DNA of 63,441 bases, counting the filler, from Chiloscyllium plagiosum (Eukaryota): NCBI RefSeq assembly GCF_004010195.1. It is 4 parts of one record of this genome, joined end to end, with 100 filler letters (N's around TTAATTAATTAA, not from the genome) between each part and the next. Parts side by side here need not be neighbours in the genome. Positions count along the whole stretch, not along the records: positions 1 to 27,575 come from NC_057716.1; positions 27,676 to 38,521 come from NC_057716.1; positions 38,622 to 51,254 come from NC_057716.1; 1 more part is not named here. One strand, written 5' to 3'. Of this stretch, positions 26,130-39,149 are shown one piece after another (positions within the stretch are counted from its first letter, which is position 1; the number at the start of each line of letters is the position of its first letter). Position numbers and translations under genes: made by a program. The notes below the pieces were generated by a model. That model was not told where the DNA came from, ran no database searches, and saw only the letters and a program-made list of their open reading frames with translations.

Positions 26130-26900
26130 GACTAGATTATAGTTAAAAACAAGTAATTCTCACAAGGCAAGAAAACCGAATGAGATGTATCCGAGGAAAC
26201 TGAGAGAATTGAGAGAGGAAATTGTGAAAGGATTGGCCATAACCTTCCAGTCCTCCTCAGGTAGAAGGGTGGTCCCAGAGGACAGGAGAATTGCAAACAT
26301 TATGTTCTTGTTCACAGAAAGGTGTAAACATAATCATAGAAACTACAGGCCAGTCAGGGATGGGAAACCTTTCTGAAATACTCAACAGAGACAAAGTCTA
26401 CAGACACTTGGATAAAAGCAGACGATTAAAGAAAGCCAGCATCAATTTGTTCAGGTCAAGTTATGTTGAACTCACTTGGTGGAGTATTTTGAGAGGTCAA
26501 TGAGGGTAATGCAGATGCTGTGATGTAATTGGACTTCGAGAAGGTGTTTGATAAAATGCCACAAAACAGGCTTGTCTGTAAAGTGTGGCCGGGCAAGCTG
26601 AGAAAGTGGATAAAAGAGGACACTGGATCCTGGGCTTTATCAGTAAAGGCACAGAATACAAGGGAGAACCTTTGTAAAACACAGGGGGGCATTCTGCTCC
26701 ATTCTGGGCCCGCAGGGTGGGAAGGTATTAGAGAGGGTACAGGACAGATTTGTGACTCTGGTTCCAGGGAAGAGGAACATAAAGTGGAATGACCGGAGAA
26801 GCTGGAGATGTTCTCCTTGAAGTCAAGAGGGTTGAGAAGATAAATGTATCCAAAGTCCTGAGGGTTCCGGACAGAGTAGAGAGGGAGAAGCCACTCCTGT
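26130..26900 (+). mobile_element. Old CR1 ORF2 fragment
   Basis: Peptides YPRKLRELREEI..VVPEDRRIAN..NYRPV and DFEKVFDKMP. Confidence 0.7.
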
Positions 26901-27059
26901 TGGTGGAGAGCACTGAGCCCTGAAGAAGAGTCACTGGATTCAAACCATTAACGCTACTTTCTCTCTGAAGATGCCGCCAGACCTGATGAGTTTCACCAAT
27001 ACTTTCTGCCTATGTTTCCCATTGGTGGAGGGGATACGAATGCACAATTTCAGAGCAGT

Positions 27060-27575
27060 CGCTGGTATACTCAGGTTGGTGTGGGATGTATACTCAGGTT
27101 GGTGTTGGATGTATATTCAGATTGGTGTTGGATGTATACTCAGGTTGGTGTTGGATGTATACTCAGGTTGGTGATGGATATATACTCAGATTGGTGTGGG
27201 ATGTATACTCAGGTTGGTGTTGGATGTATATTCAGGTTGGTGTTGGATGTATACTCAGGTTGGTGATGGATGTATACTCAGGTTGGTGATGGATGTATAC
27301 TCAGGTTGGTGATGGATGTATACTCAGGTTGGTGATGGATGTATACTCAGGTTGGTGTTGGATGTATACTCAGGTTGGTGATGGATGTATACTCAGGTTG
27401 GTGATGGATGTATACTCAGGTTGGTGATGGATGTATACTCAGGTTGGTGATGGATGTATACTCAGGTTGGTGATGGATGTATACTCAGGTTGGTGATGGA
27501 TGTATACTCAGGTTGGTGATGGATGTATACTCAGGTTGGTGATGGATGTATACTCAGGTTGGTGTTGGATGTATA
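27060..27575. repeat. Minisatellite, 23 bp unit
   Basis: Unit ggatgtatactcaggttggtgat. Confidence 0.95.
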
Positions 27576-27675
27576 NNNNNNNNNNNNNNNNNNNNNNNNN
27601 NNNNNNNNNNNNNNNNNNNTTAATTAATTAANNNNNNNNNNNNNNNNNNNNNNNNNNNNNNNNNNNNNNNNNNNN
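27576..27675. other. Artificial scaffold spacer (44N-TTAATTAATTAA-44N)
   Basis: Exactly 100 nt, stop codons in all six frames; identical spacers at 38522 and 51255. Confidence 0.95.
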
Positions 27676-29420
27676 GTCTGACAGTCTGGGTGTTATAGAG
27701 AGGGCTGTATCACGGGGAGCTGTGTCTGACAGTCTGGGTGTTATAGAGAGGGCTGTATCACGGGGAGCTGTGTCTGACAGTCTGGGTGTTATAGAGAGGG
27801 CTGTATCACGGGGAGCTGTGTCTGACAGTCTGGGTGTTATAGAGAGGGCTGTATCACGGGGAGCTGTGTCTGACAGTCTGGGTGTTATAGAGAGGGCTGT
27901 ATCACGGGGAGCTGTGTCTGACAGTCTGGGTGTTATAGAGAGGGCTGTATCACGGGGAGCTGTGTCTGACAGTCTGGGTGTTATAGAGAGGGCTGTATTA
28001 CGGGGTGCTGTGCCTGACTGTCTGGGTGTTATAGAGAGGGCTGTATTACGGGGTGCTGTGCCTGACTGTCTGGGTGTTATAGAGAGGGCTGTATTACGGG
28101 GTGCTGTGCCTGACTGTCTGGGTGTTATAGAGAGGGCTGTATCACGGGGAGCTGTGTCTGACAGTCTGGGTGTTATAAAGAGTGCTGTATCACGGGGAGC
28201 TGTGTCTGACAGTCTGGGTGTTATAGAGAGGGCTATATCACGGGGATCTGTGCCTGACAGTCTGGGTGTTATAGAGGGGGCTGTATCATGGGGAGCTATG
28301 TCTGACAGTTTGGGTGTTATAGAGGGGGCTGTATTACGGGGTGCTGTGCCTGACTGTCAGGGTTGTATAGAGAGGGCTGTATCATGGGGAGCTGTGTCTG
28401 ACAGTCTGGGTGTTATAGAGAGGGCTGTATCATGGGGAGCTGTGTCTGACAGTCTGGGTGTTATAAAGAGTGCTGTATCACGGGGAGCTGTGTCTGACAG
28501 TCTGGGTGTTATAGAGAGGGCTGTATCACGGGGAGCTGTGTCTGACAGTCTGGGTGTTATAAAGAGGGCTGTATCACGGGGAGCTGTACCTGACTGTCTG
28601 GGTGTTATAGAGAGGGCTGTATCACGGGGAGCTGTGTCTGACAGTCTGGGTGTTATAGAGAGGGCTGTATCATGGGGAGCTGTGTCTCACAGTCTGGGTG
28701 TTATAGAGAGGGCTGTATCACAGGGAGCTGTGTCTGACAGTCTGGGTGTTATAGAGAGGGCTGTATCACGGGGTGCTATGCCTGACTGTCTGGGTGTTAT
28801 AGAGAGGGCTGTATCACGGGGAGCTGTGCCTGACAGTCTGGGTGTTATAGAGAGGGCTGTATCATGGGGAGCTGTGTCTGACAGTCTGCGTGTTATAAAG
28901 AGGGCTGTATCACGGGGAGCTGTGCCTGACAGTTTGAGTGTTATAGAGAGGGCTGTATTACGGGGTGCTGTGCCTGACTGTCAGGGTTGTATAGAGAGGG
29001 CTGTATCATGGGGAGCTGTGTCTGACAGTCTGGGTGTTATAAAGAGGGCTGTATCACGGGGAGCTGTGCCTGACAGTTTGAGTGTTATAGAGGGGGCTGT
29101 ATCACGGGGAGCTGTGTCTGACAGTCTGGGTGTTATAGAGAGGGCTGTATCACGGGGAGCTGTGCCTGACAGTCTGGGTGTTATAGAGAGGGCTGTATCA
29201 CGGGGAGCTGTGCCTGACAGTCTGGATGTTATAGAGAGGGCTGTATCATGGGGAGCTGTGTCTGACAGTCTGGGTGTTATAGAGAGGGCTGTATCACGGG
29301 GAGCTGTGCCTGACAGTCTGGGTGTCATAGAGAGGGCTGTATCACGGGGAGCTGTGTCTGACAGTCTGGGTGTTATAGAGAGGGCTGTATCACGGGGTGC
29401 TGTGTCTGACTGTCCCGGTG
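27676..29420. repeat. Minisatellite, 48 bp unit, about 36 copies
   Basis: Unit gtctgacagtctgggtgttatagagagggctgtatcacggggagctgt. Confidence 0.95.
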
Positions 29421-29887
29421 ATAAAATGCTGCTGTTGTGGTGTGTACTTTCCGGTTGGCGTTCCTTTGGAAATCATGTTGATATAACATTTCTGAGACAG
29501 AGTTTTTATTACAGGTTTGCTGTTAATTGAGGCTAGAGTTTATATTTTGCAAGAAAATGCTGTTGGACTGTGGAATGTATGGAGTATAAACACATTTTGA
29601 CGCCCAGGTTATATCAACAATAGTACCATCGGCTCCCAGTGAGGTCTGAGTGCCTTCCTTGTTTTGCAGCGTTGCTTACTACTCGCTCCCAGTACACTGT
29701 CCTTTTCTCTGAGCAGCCTCTGAAGGACAGAGACACTGAGTTTAAACTGGTTATTCAACCGGGAGGTGCAGGAGTAGAACCACAAAGTATCCCTGTTTAC
29801 AACCCACATCAACTTTCCAACTGTGAACAGAATTGCTGGTTAGTTACCACTCCCTGGGAATGCAGGGAAATCCTTAAACAAGATTCA

Positions 29888-30190
29888 GGGCAGCACGGTG
29901 GCTCAGTGGTTAGAGCTGCTGCCTCACAGCGCCAGGGACCTGGGTTCGTTTCCAGCCTCGGGCGACTATCTGTATGGAGTTTGCACATTCTCCCCATGTC
30001 TGTGTGGGTTTCCCCCGGGTGCTACGGTTTCCTCCCACAGTCCAAAGGTGGGCAGATCAGGTGAATTGGCCATGCTAAATTGCCCATAGTGTTCAGGGAT
30101 GTCAGAGTTAAATGTGCCTGGGTGGATTACTCTTTGGAGGGTCAGTGTGGAGTGGTTTGGCCAAAGGGCCTGTTTCTACAATGTAGGGAT
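29888..30190 (+). mobile_element. HE1-type SINE
   Basis: tRNA head gggcagcacggtggctcagtggttag plus V-domain and tail. Confidence 0.85.
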
Positions 30191-30899
30191 TTTTTTCCAA
30201 GTAAGATCCAATCAATAGGTCACTGTTGCCTCAGCCTAAACCCCTGCCATTGACTCGGTACATGCCCAGAAGTGGAAATTCTCCATTCCCCTGTGCACTC
30301 TCCATAGACACACATCCTGAATCCACCAAATACAGTTATAGTGAGTCACACCATTGCAATGGATGCAGGTGGGAAACTGAATAACCCTGGAGTAAAGAAA
30401 TACACTCTCATTTAAACCTGTGTCATTAATCCTGCAAAAATATACTGTTGTCCAATTGAAAAATAATTGATCCATTCAATGAGAAACAGCTATGTATTTA
30501 GGAACCCGATCAATACCAGCCTGTGTCAATCTTTTAAAGATGTCAGTGCTGTCCTGAGCAGCTGTGTAACACAGTTGGGCACCTTTATACATTTTGGAAA
30601 TCAGCCAAGCATTCATAATGGTTGCAGCTATCAAAACATTATCTTTCCAATTCATAACCCCTCTTCCCCTCCCCCCACCCCACACCCCGCCAGATCTGGG
30701 AGAGCTGATGTTGTGTTGTTGTCACTCTTTGAAAGTAGATTACCTGTCAGTCAGTGCAGTGGAGCAGGTTGGTTACTTATTTATTGACTGTTCAACAGCA
30801 GAACAAGTGTCATCAATATATAAGATAATGAGACATTTAACTCACTGTATGTCATTCTGCAGTTTTCTCAAAACTCACTAAGTTTTTAATACATCGTAA

Positions 30900-33244
30900 T
30901 GACATAACTCCATAGATTTGTATCCCGTCACCAAATCACCCTTCATTCCCACGGGTAGAGTCCTGGACACTGATACAGCTCCCTCAGATCCAGATCTCAG
31001 AGTGAACAGAGCCTCTGACACTCCTGTTTGTATCTGATACTTCTGTTTGGATCAGATTAACAGGCCCTCATCGGACCCAAAAAGTTAACTCTGACTTCTC
31101 TCTACAGATGCTGCCAGACCTGCTGAGCTTTTTCAGCAATTTCTGTTTTTGTTCGCAATCAGTGCGACTAGTGCTGCCCATTTCACAAACTGGAGTGGTT
31201 TGATGGTTCCTTTCCTTTCCAGCCTCCTGATTCCTGCCTCTAGCTTTGTCCATGAGGTAAAAGGCACTGGGCAGGCCCTGCGAAATCAGGGAATTGCTTC
31301 CTGGTGAACCTGCAAGGTTGTCTTGGCTCCTTTGGTAGTCCCTGGACCTTCCTGAAAAACTTCCGGGTATTTAATTAGGACTTCACTCAAGGCAACCATT
31401 TTCTAATTGAAAGCTGTTGAGCAAGTCGAGGTGAATCTTTCTCAACCAATTCCACCCCATCAGGCTTGGGCCCAAGCCTTTTACTACAATCACTGGGAAC
31501 TGAGCCAGCTGCTTCTCAAAAGAGACTGAAACTGAAGTTGTTCCCTTAATCTGTTGCGGTTCCCCGGTACAGGTTCTCAGTCTGGCCAAGATCTTACACA
31601 AGCTTAAGGGTTGGAGTGCAGAGCGAATGTTGGTAAAAACTGGGTCTGTGATCATTGAAACTGCTGCTTGGTGTTGACCTCCATTAGAACCAGGTGACTA
31701 TTTAACCAGATACATATTTTGATTGAATAATGGAATCCCTACAGTGTGGAAACAGGCCATTTGGCCCAACAAGTCTGCACTGACCCTCTGAAAAGTAACC
31801 CACCATGACCCATTCCCCTATCCTATTACAATACATTTACCCTGACTTATGCACCTAACCTACACATCCCTGAACTCTATGGGCAATTTAGCATGGCCAA
31901 TTCAGGTGACCTGCACATCTTTGGACTGTGGGAGGAAACCAGAGCACCCGGAGGAAACCCACGCAGACATGGGGAGAAAGTGCAAACTCCACACAGAGTC
32001 ACCTGAGGCTGGAATTGAACCCAGACGTGAGGTAGCAGTGCCAGCCACCGTGCCACCGTGATTTGGATGTTGCTAAGCGATGTATCTGTTCCAAACCAGA
32101 TGTAGGTGTGCATTCTCCTGGATATCAGCCTATGAGTTCTCTTACTCATCTTAAGTCTAGTAGGACTCTTTTGGTCTCATGCTTCCACACAGCAGCATCA
32201 ATGACAAAGGCCTGTTGATCCGGATCCTGAAGAAAATGTTAACTGCGTGGCTGAGACTTGGCTTTGTTTTGGGGTTTTGCTGTGGGCTGACCGAGGATCC
32301 CCCTGTTCAGGATATGACCTGAGTGAGGCTGTGCAATTGCCTTCATTCAGGTAGTGTCCCCTGAGCTCAGTTACCCTGCCAAGGATGTGAACACTTCCAT
32401 TGCCATACCCTGTCACTCATACGCTCGCTTTGCTGCAGTTTCTCCTGATAAGTTGCCATGCTTGTTTGAAATGCAGTTGGGTTTCATCTAGTAGTCGCTT
32501 TTGCACGTTTACATCATTAATCCCACATACCAACCAGTCTCTCAGCATCTCATTCAGGGTTAACTCAAAATTAATTGCCTTCACCAGTCTCCTTGACCTC
32601 GTCAAAAGCCCTGACATGGATTTGCATGGTTGTCGAACTGCCGAGTAAAATCAATAATATCTTCGAATTAATGGAGACTCGGGGTTGTGATATTCTTTAG
32701 ATAAATCCATCAACTCTTGAAAAAGATTTAGTATCTGATGCTTCAGGGAAAGTTAGGCTCCTCACACCTGAAAAACTGTGGGTCCGCAAGCTCTCAGGAG
32801 AATTACTCGCCACTTTTGATCTGCCCCAATGTCACTTGCTCAGAAAAGATAATGGATTATTTCCACATACTCGGCTCAGTCTTCAACAACATGGTTCAAT
32901 GAGTCAGGTTTTACAAAGACTGGCATGTTGCCAGTAATGTTTGCCCCAATTTAAAGATGAATGTTGCCAGTGTATTCCTTCAGGACTGTGCCTTTCTCCC
33001 GTTGCCACTGAAATAACTCGACAGAGGCCAGTGTCCTGTCAGTAGTTCCCTCTTCATTTCTACATGGAAAGTGCCTAATACTGACCCAGCGCCCTCAGAG
33101 CCAGCCCTCAGAGTGAACAGAACGCCTGGCCCACCTGATTACACCAACAGCCAGGACTCCCTGATTGCTTCAGGTAAACAGCCCCAATCAGGGAGCCAGA
33201 TTTTATGAGATCCACCTGGTTGACCTGGTTACGATCATTTAACA
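30900..33244 (-). mobile_element. Decayed, internally deleted Gypsy-type LTR retrotransposon
   Basis: 5' LTR 33244-33009 (TG..CA) followed by PBS-like GTGGCAACGGGAG; gag LRDWLVCGINDVNVQKRLL; protease GPSLMGWNWL; RT start KYPEVFQEG..; related LTR copy at 30900-~31165; HE1 insertion at about 31733-32058. Confidence 0.8.
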
Positions 33245-33269
33245 TAGCACATTCTGGTTTTATAAATAG

Positions 33270-35075
33270 CCGGCCATATGTTGTCAGGAATACCAGTGGC
33301 TGTGTATACTGACTGGAAAAGCAGTCCCTGTGTATATCAGTGGGAACAGCAGTCCCTGTGTATATTGTCAAAAACAGCAGTCCCTGTGTGTATTGTCAGT
33401 AACAGCAGTCCCTGTGTAAATTGTCTGGAACAGCAGTCCCTGTGTATATTGTCAGAAACAGCAGTCCCTGTGTACATTGTCTGGGACAGCAGTCCCTGTG
33501 TATATTGTCAGAAACAGCAGTCCCTGTGTACATTGTCTGGGACAGCAGTCCCTGTGTATATCGTCAGAAACAACAGTCCCTGTGTATATTGTCTGGAACA
33601 GCAGTCCCTGTGTATATTGTCAGAAACAGCAGTCCCTGTGTATATTGTCAGGAACAGCTGTCTCTGTGTATATTGTCGGGAACAGCATTCCCTGTGTATA
33701 TTGTCTGGAACCGGAGACCCTGTGTATATTGTCAGAAACAACAGTCCCTGTGTATATTATCAGGAACAGCAGTCCCTATGTATATTGTCGGGAACAGCAG
33801 TCCCTCTGTAAATTGTCAGGAACAGCAGTCCCTATGTATATTGTCTGGAACAGCAGTCTCTGTGTATATTGTCGGGAACAGCATTCCCTGTGTATATTGT
33901 CTGGAACAGGAGACCCTGTGTATATTGTCAGAAACAACAGTCCCTCTGTATATTATCAAGAACAGCAGTCCCTGTGTATATTGTCTGGAACAGCTGTCCC
34001 TGTGAATATTGTCGGGAACAGCAGTCCCTGTGTATATTGTCAGGAACAGCAGTCCCTGTGTATATTGTCTGGGACAGCAGTCCCTGTGTATATTGTCAGA
34101 AACAGCAGTCCCTGTGTATATTGTCAGGAACAGCAGTTTTTGTGTATATTGGGAGAAACAGCAGTCCCTGTGTACATTGTCTGGACCAGCAGTCCCTGTG
34201 TACATTGTCTGGAACAGCAGTCCCTGTGTACATTGTCAGAAACAGCAGTCCCTGTGTATATTGTCAGGAACAGCAGTCTCTGTGTTTATTGTCAAGAACA
34301 GGAGACCCTGTGTATATTGTTGGGAACAGCAGCCTCTGTGCATATTGTCAGAATGGCAGTCCCTGTACGTATATTTTTCAGAACAGCAGTGTGTGTGTGT
34401 ATATTGTCAGAAACAACAGTGCCTATGTATATTGTCAGGAACAAGTAGTCTTTTTCTGTATTGTCAGAAATAGCACTCCCTGTTTATATTGTCAGGAACA
34501 GCAACAGCGTGTTTTTGTGGACTGTATTCAGTATTGTGAATTGGATCCGCATGTCAGTTATTCGATTCCCTACAGTGTCGAAACAGGCCCTTCAGCCCAA
34601 CAAGTCCACAATGACTCTCCAAAGAGTAACCCACCCCGACCCATTTCCCTCTGACGAATGTACCTAACAGTACGGGCAATTTAGCATGGCCAATTCAGGT
34701 GACCTGCACATCTTTGGATTGTGGGGGGAAACCGGAGGAAACCCATGCAGACACGGGGAGAATGTGCAAACTCCACACAGACTGTCGCCCGAGGCTGGAA
34801 TCGAACCTGGGACCCTGGTGCTGTGAGGCAGCAGTGTTCACCACTGATCCACTGTGCCGCCCTGAACTGCAGTCTCTGTTATATTGAATAGGAGGCGCTG
34901 TGGATATTATAGGGACCAGCTTTCCCTGTGTATGTTATGGAGAACAGCACTCCCTGTTGTGTATTGCACTGAAAAGCAGTCTGTATGCATATTGTCAAGA
35001 ATAGCTCTCCCTGTCTATCGTGTCGAGAATAGCCGTATGTTATGTTTCCAGAATCGCAGTTCCTGTGTATATTAT
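33270..35075. repeat. Minisatellite, 28 bp unit, decaying at both ends and interrupted by a minus-strand HE1 SINE (about 34560-34862)
   Basis: Unit gaacagcagtccctgtgtatattgtcag. Confidence 0.9.
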
Positions 35076-35079
35076 ACAG

Positions 35080-35582
35080 TGATGTGGAGGTGCTGGGGTG
35101 TACAAAGTTAAAAATCACACAACACCAGGTTATAGTCCAACAGGTTTATTTGGAAGCACTAGCTTTCGGAGCGCTGCTCCTTCATCAGGTAACTGTGGAA
35201 CAGGAAAATAAGACACAGAATTCATAGCAAAAGATCACAGTGCCATGCAACAGTACAATATATTGACTGCTGTTAAGTCTTTCGTCTTTTAGAATCGATT
35301 GCTGGTTCGGGTCATTAATATGTAAATGTAAATCCCAGAACTCCCATGAGAATGGCCTCAACCGGGACCTAGGGTTAATGTCACATTATAGGTGACCCCA
35401 CTGAACTATACACTGTCTGTCTCTCTCTCTCTCACACACACACACTCGTGCAGCCCCTCTCTCAAACACACACACCACCCCACACTCACATAGGCACTTT
35501 ACCAAGCATGCACACACGTAAACACACACTCTGTCACGCGCACTCTCACACATACACGTCTATGGGGTGAATTTGCATGTGC
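35080..35582. mobile_element. Family B PLE remnant: inverted terminal repeat plus plus-strand ORF 3' end
   Basis: Minus-strand intact hammerhead at 35160-35188; plus-strand HENGLNRDLGLMSHYR* at 35345-35395 resembles PLE ORF C-termini. Confidence 0.65.
35160..35188 (-). ncRNA. Minimal hammerhead ribozyme motif, family B
   Basis: CUGAUGA-A-GGAGC-agc-GCUCC-GAAAG-CUA, with self-complementary AGCU. Confidence 0.55.
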
Positions 35583-36196
35583 AGATTAGATTAGATTCCC
35601 TACAGTGTGGAAACAGGCCCTTTGGCCCAACCAGTCCACACTGACCCTCCGAAGAGTAACCCCCCCCAGACCCATTTCACTCTGACTAACACACCTNNNN
35701 NNNNNNNNNNNNNNNNNNNNNNNNNNNNNNNNNNNNNNNNNNNNNNNNNNNNNNNNNNNNNNNNNNNNNNNNNNNNNNNNNNNNNNNNNNNNNNNNNNNN
35801 NNNNNNNNNNNNNNNNNNNNNNNNNNNNNNNNNNNNNNNNNNNNNNNNNNNNNNNNNNNNNNNNNNNNNNNNNNNNNNNNNNNNNNNNNNNNNNNNNNNN
35901 NNNNNNNNNNNNNNNNNNNNNNNNNNNNNNNNNNNNNNNNNNNNNNNNNNNNNNNNNNNNNNNNNNNNNNNNNNNNNNNNNNNNNNNNNNNNNNNNNNNN
36001 NNNNNNNNNNNNNNNNNNNNNNNNNNNNNNNNNNNNNNNNNNNNNNNNNNNNNNNNNNNNNNNNNNNNNNNNNNNNNNNNNNNNNNNNNNNNNNNNNNNN
36101 NNNNNNNNNNNNNNNNNNNNNNNNNNNNNNNNNNNNNNNNNNNNNNNNNNNNNNNNNNNNNNNNNNNNNNNNNNNNNNNNNNNNNNNNNNNNNNNN

Positions 36197-36530
36197 ACAC
36201 AAACTCTCTCTTTCTCTCATACACATGCTTACACACAGATACACACACTCACACTCACACTCTCACATGCACAGATACACACACACACACACACTCATAT
36301 ACTCATACATGTATAGATACACACACAACACACACTACACACTCACACATGCACAGATACACACCCACCCCCACACACACACTCTCACACACATACATAC
36401 TCACACACACATAGATACACACGCACACAGACTCGCACACACAGACACATACACACACAGACATACACATTCACACACACACACACACTCTCACTCACAC
36501 ACACTGACACACACATACATACACACACCT
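36197..36530. repeat. (CA)n-rich low-complexity tract
   Basis: Direct inspection. Confidence 0.9.
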
Positions 36531-37224
36531 CTGCCTTCCTGCCCCCCCAGAAAAGAAATAAAAGCCTTGAATTATGATATAACCTGCTGATGAGCATGTA
36601 ACTGCTAAGAATAATTGTAAAACTCATTTGTCCTTGAGGGAGGGAGGTCTGGAAAGATTGAGTAGACTGGGAGGTTAGAAGAATGAGGGGGGTATCTTAT
36701 GATGAAGGAAGTAGATGCGATAGAAGCAGGGAGGTTGTTTCCACTGGCGGGTGAAACTCAAACCAGGGCACATGGCGTCAAAATAAGGGGGAGCAGATTT
36801 CGGACTGAGCTGAGGAGGAACCTCTTCACCCAGAGGGTTGTGAATCTGTGAGATTCCCTGCCCAGTGAAACAGCTGGGGCTACCTCACTGAATGTTTTTA
36901 AAGCAAAGATAGATTTTTGAACCGTAAAGGAATTACTGGAATAAAGGATGGGAGGTGGAGCTGAGGCCACGAAAAGATCAACCATGACCTTTTATTGAAT
37001 AGTGGAACAGATTTGAGGAGTCAGATGGACTCCTCCCACTCCTAGTCCTTATATTCTCACCTGGGTCTGTCCTACGTGTGACTCCAGACCCACTGCAATG
37101 TGGGTGGCTCTTAATTGCCCTCTGGACAATTAAGAATGGGCAACAACTATACTGAACCAGCCAGTGATACTCATGAAGAAGCAACAAATATACATGCCTG
37201 GGCAGAAAAGCACAAACCTGTCTG

Positions 37225-38521
37225 ACCTTCCTGACTCATAGACTTGCAGGAAGTGTGTCCAGCCGCAGCTCTTGTTTGAACGTATGACGGCTCTGGAGCT
37301 GTGGATGGACTCACTGTGGAGCATCCGTGATGCTGGGGGGTTTGTGGATAGCACGTTTAGTGAACTGGTCATACCACAGGTTAGGATTGCTGAGGGACAG
37401 AGTGAATGGGTGACCAAAAGACAGAAGAAGAGTAGGAAGGCAGTGCAGGTGTCTCCTGCGGTCATCTCCCTCCAAAACAGGTGTACCGTTTTGGATACTG
37501 TTGGGGGAGATGGCTCACCAGGGGAGGGCAGCAGTTGTAAAGATCATGGCACCGTGGCGGGCACTGCTGTTCAGGAGGGTGGGAAAAAGACTCGTAGGGC
37601 CATGGTCATAGGGGATTCTATTGTGAGGGGAGTAGATAGGCGGTTCTGTGGCCAAAAACGGGACTCCCGGAAGGTATGGTGCTCGGGTCAGGGATGTCAC
37701 CGATCGGCTGCAGAGCATTCTAAAAGGGGAGGGTGAACAGCCAGTTGGCTTGGTGCATATAGGCATCAACGATATAAAGTAGAAAGCAAGAGGAGGTCCT
37801 GAAAGAAGAATTCAGGGAGCTAGGAGAGAAAAAAAGTTAAAGGGGAGGACCTCAAAAGGTAGTGATCTCGGGAATACTACCAGTGCAGAAATGAAAAAAT
37901 AGGTAGGGTGAACAAGTGGCTTGAGAGATGGTGCAGGAGGGAGGGGTTCAGATTTGTTGGACATTGGGACCGGTTCTGGGGAAGGTGGGACTATTACAAA
38001 ATGGACGGTCTACATCTGAACCAGACTGAAACCAATGTCCTTGGGGGAGTTTTTGCTACTGCTGTTGGGGAAGTATTAAACTAATATGGCAGGGGACTAG
38101 GAACCAGAAGAGAAATCATGTAGGCAGCGAGGTGGAGACTGCAGAGTGTAAAAATTATGAAGATAGCACTAATAAAGGGAAGAATAGGCAGAGAGCAGGT
38201 GAGTACAAAAGAACTGGTGGCCTGAAATACATTTACTTTAATGCAAGGAGTATAGTGTGTATGGCAGATGAACTTAGGGCTTGGATTGGTGCCTGGGAGT
38301 CTGACATTATTGCCATCACAGAGACTTGGTTGAAGGAAGGGCATGATGATGAGGAACTGAATGTTCCAGGATATAGATGTTTAAGACAGGACAGGGAGAG
38401 AAGTAAAAGAGGGGGTGGAGTTGCATTGCTGGTCAGGGACGATATGACGGCTGTGCTAAAGGAGGACACTATGGCGATCTTGGGTAGTGAGGCCTTATGG
38501 GTGGAGCGGAGAAATGAGGTT
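37225..38521 (+). mobile_element. CR1 LINE 5' portion: ORF1 (SGNH esterase-like) and start of ORF2 APE endonuclease, decayed
   Basis: MVIGDSIVRGVDRRFCG; YFNARSI..DIIAITETWL..GGGVALLV; cut off by the spacer. Confidence 0.85.
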
Positions 38522-38621
38522 NNNNNNNNNNNNNNNNNNNNNNNNNNNNNNNNNNNNNNNNNNNNTTAATTAATTAANNNNNNNNNNNNNNNNNNNNNNN
38601 NNNNNNNNNNNNNNNNNNNNN
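38522..38621. other. Artificial scaffold spacer
   Basis: 44N-TTAATTAATTAA-44N. Confidence 0.95.
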
Positions 38622-39148
38622 ACTGAGGGAGTGCTGCACTGTCGGAGGGTCAGTACTGAGGTAGTGCCGCACTGTCGGAGGGTCAGTACTGAGGGAGTGC
38701 TGCACTGTCGGAGGGTCAGTACTGAGGTAGTGCCGCACTGTCGGAGGGTCAGTACTGAGGGAGTGCTGCACTGTCGGAGGGTCAGTACTGAGGTAGTGCC
38801 GCACTGTCGGAGGGTCAGTACTGAGGGAGTGCTGCACTGTCGGAGGGTCAGTACTGAGGTAGTGCCGCACTGTCGGAGGGTCAGTACTGAGGGAGTGCTG
38901 CACTGTCGGAGGGTCAGTACTGAGGTAGTGCCGCACTGTCGGAGGGTCAGTACTGAGGGAGTGCTGCACTGTCGGAGGGTCAGTACTGAGGTAGTGCCGC
39001 ACTGTCGGAGGGTCAGTACTGAGGGAGTGCTGCACTGTCGGAGGGTCAGTACTGAGGTAGTGCCGCACTGTCGGAGGGTCAGTACTGAGGGAGTGCTGCA
39101 CTGTCAGAGGGTCAGTGCTGAGGGAGTGCCGCACTGTTGGTGGGTCGG
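38622..39148. repeat. Minisatellite, 33 bp unit in strict A/B alternation (66-bp dimer)
   Basis: actgagggagtgctgcactgtcggagggtcagt alternating with actgaggtagtgccgcactgtcggagggtcagt. Confidence 0.95.
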
Positions 39149-39149
39149 A

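Noticed and set aside
27722..29530. 602-aa ORF with 16-aa repeats
   Set aside because: Stop-free frame of the 48-bp minisatellite. It has a GTG start, no unique domain, and the array begins at a scaffold spacer.
30694..30767. Plus-strand exon-like segment DLGELMLCCC resembling the start of a synaptotagmin C2B domain
   Set aside because: Similarity is limited to about 6 residues and there are no supporting neighbouring exons.
33278..34654. Overlapping Cys-rich CxxC ORFs resembling zinc fingers
   Set aside because: A 28-bp unit read through all three frames gives the same peptides, so this is a minisatellite artefact.
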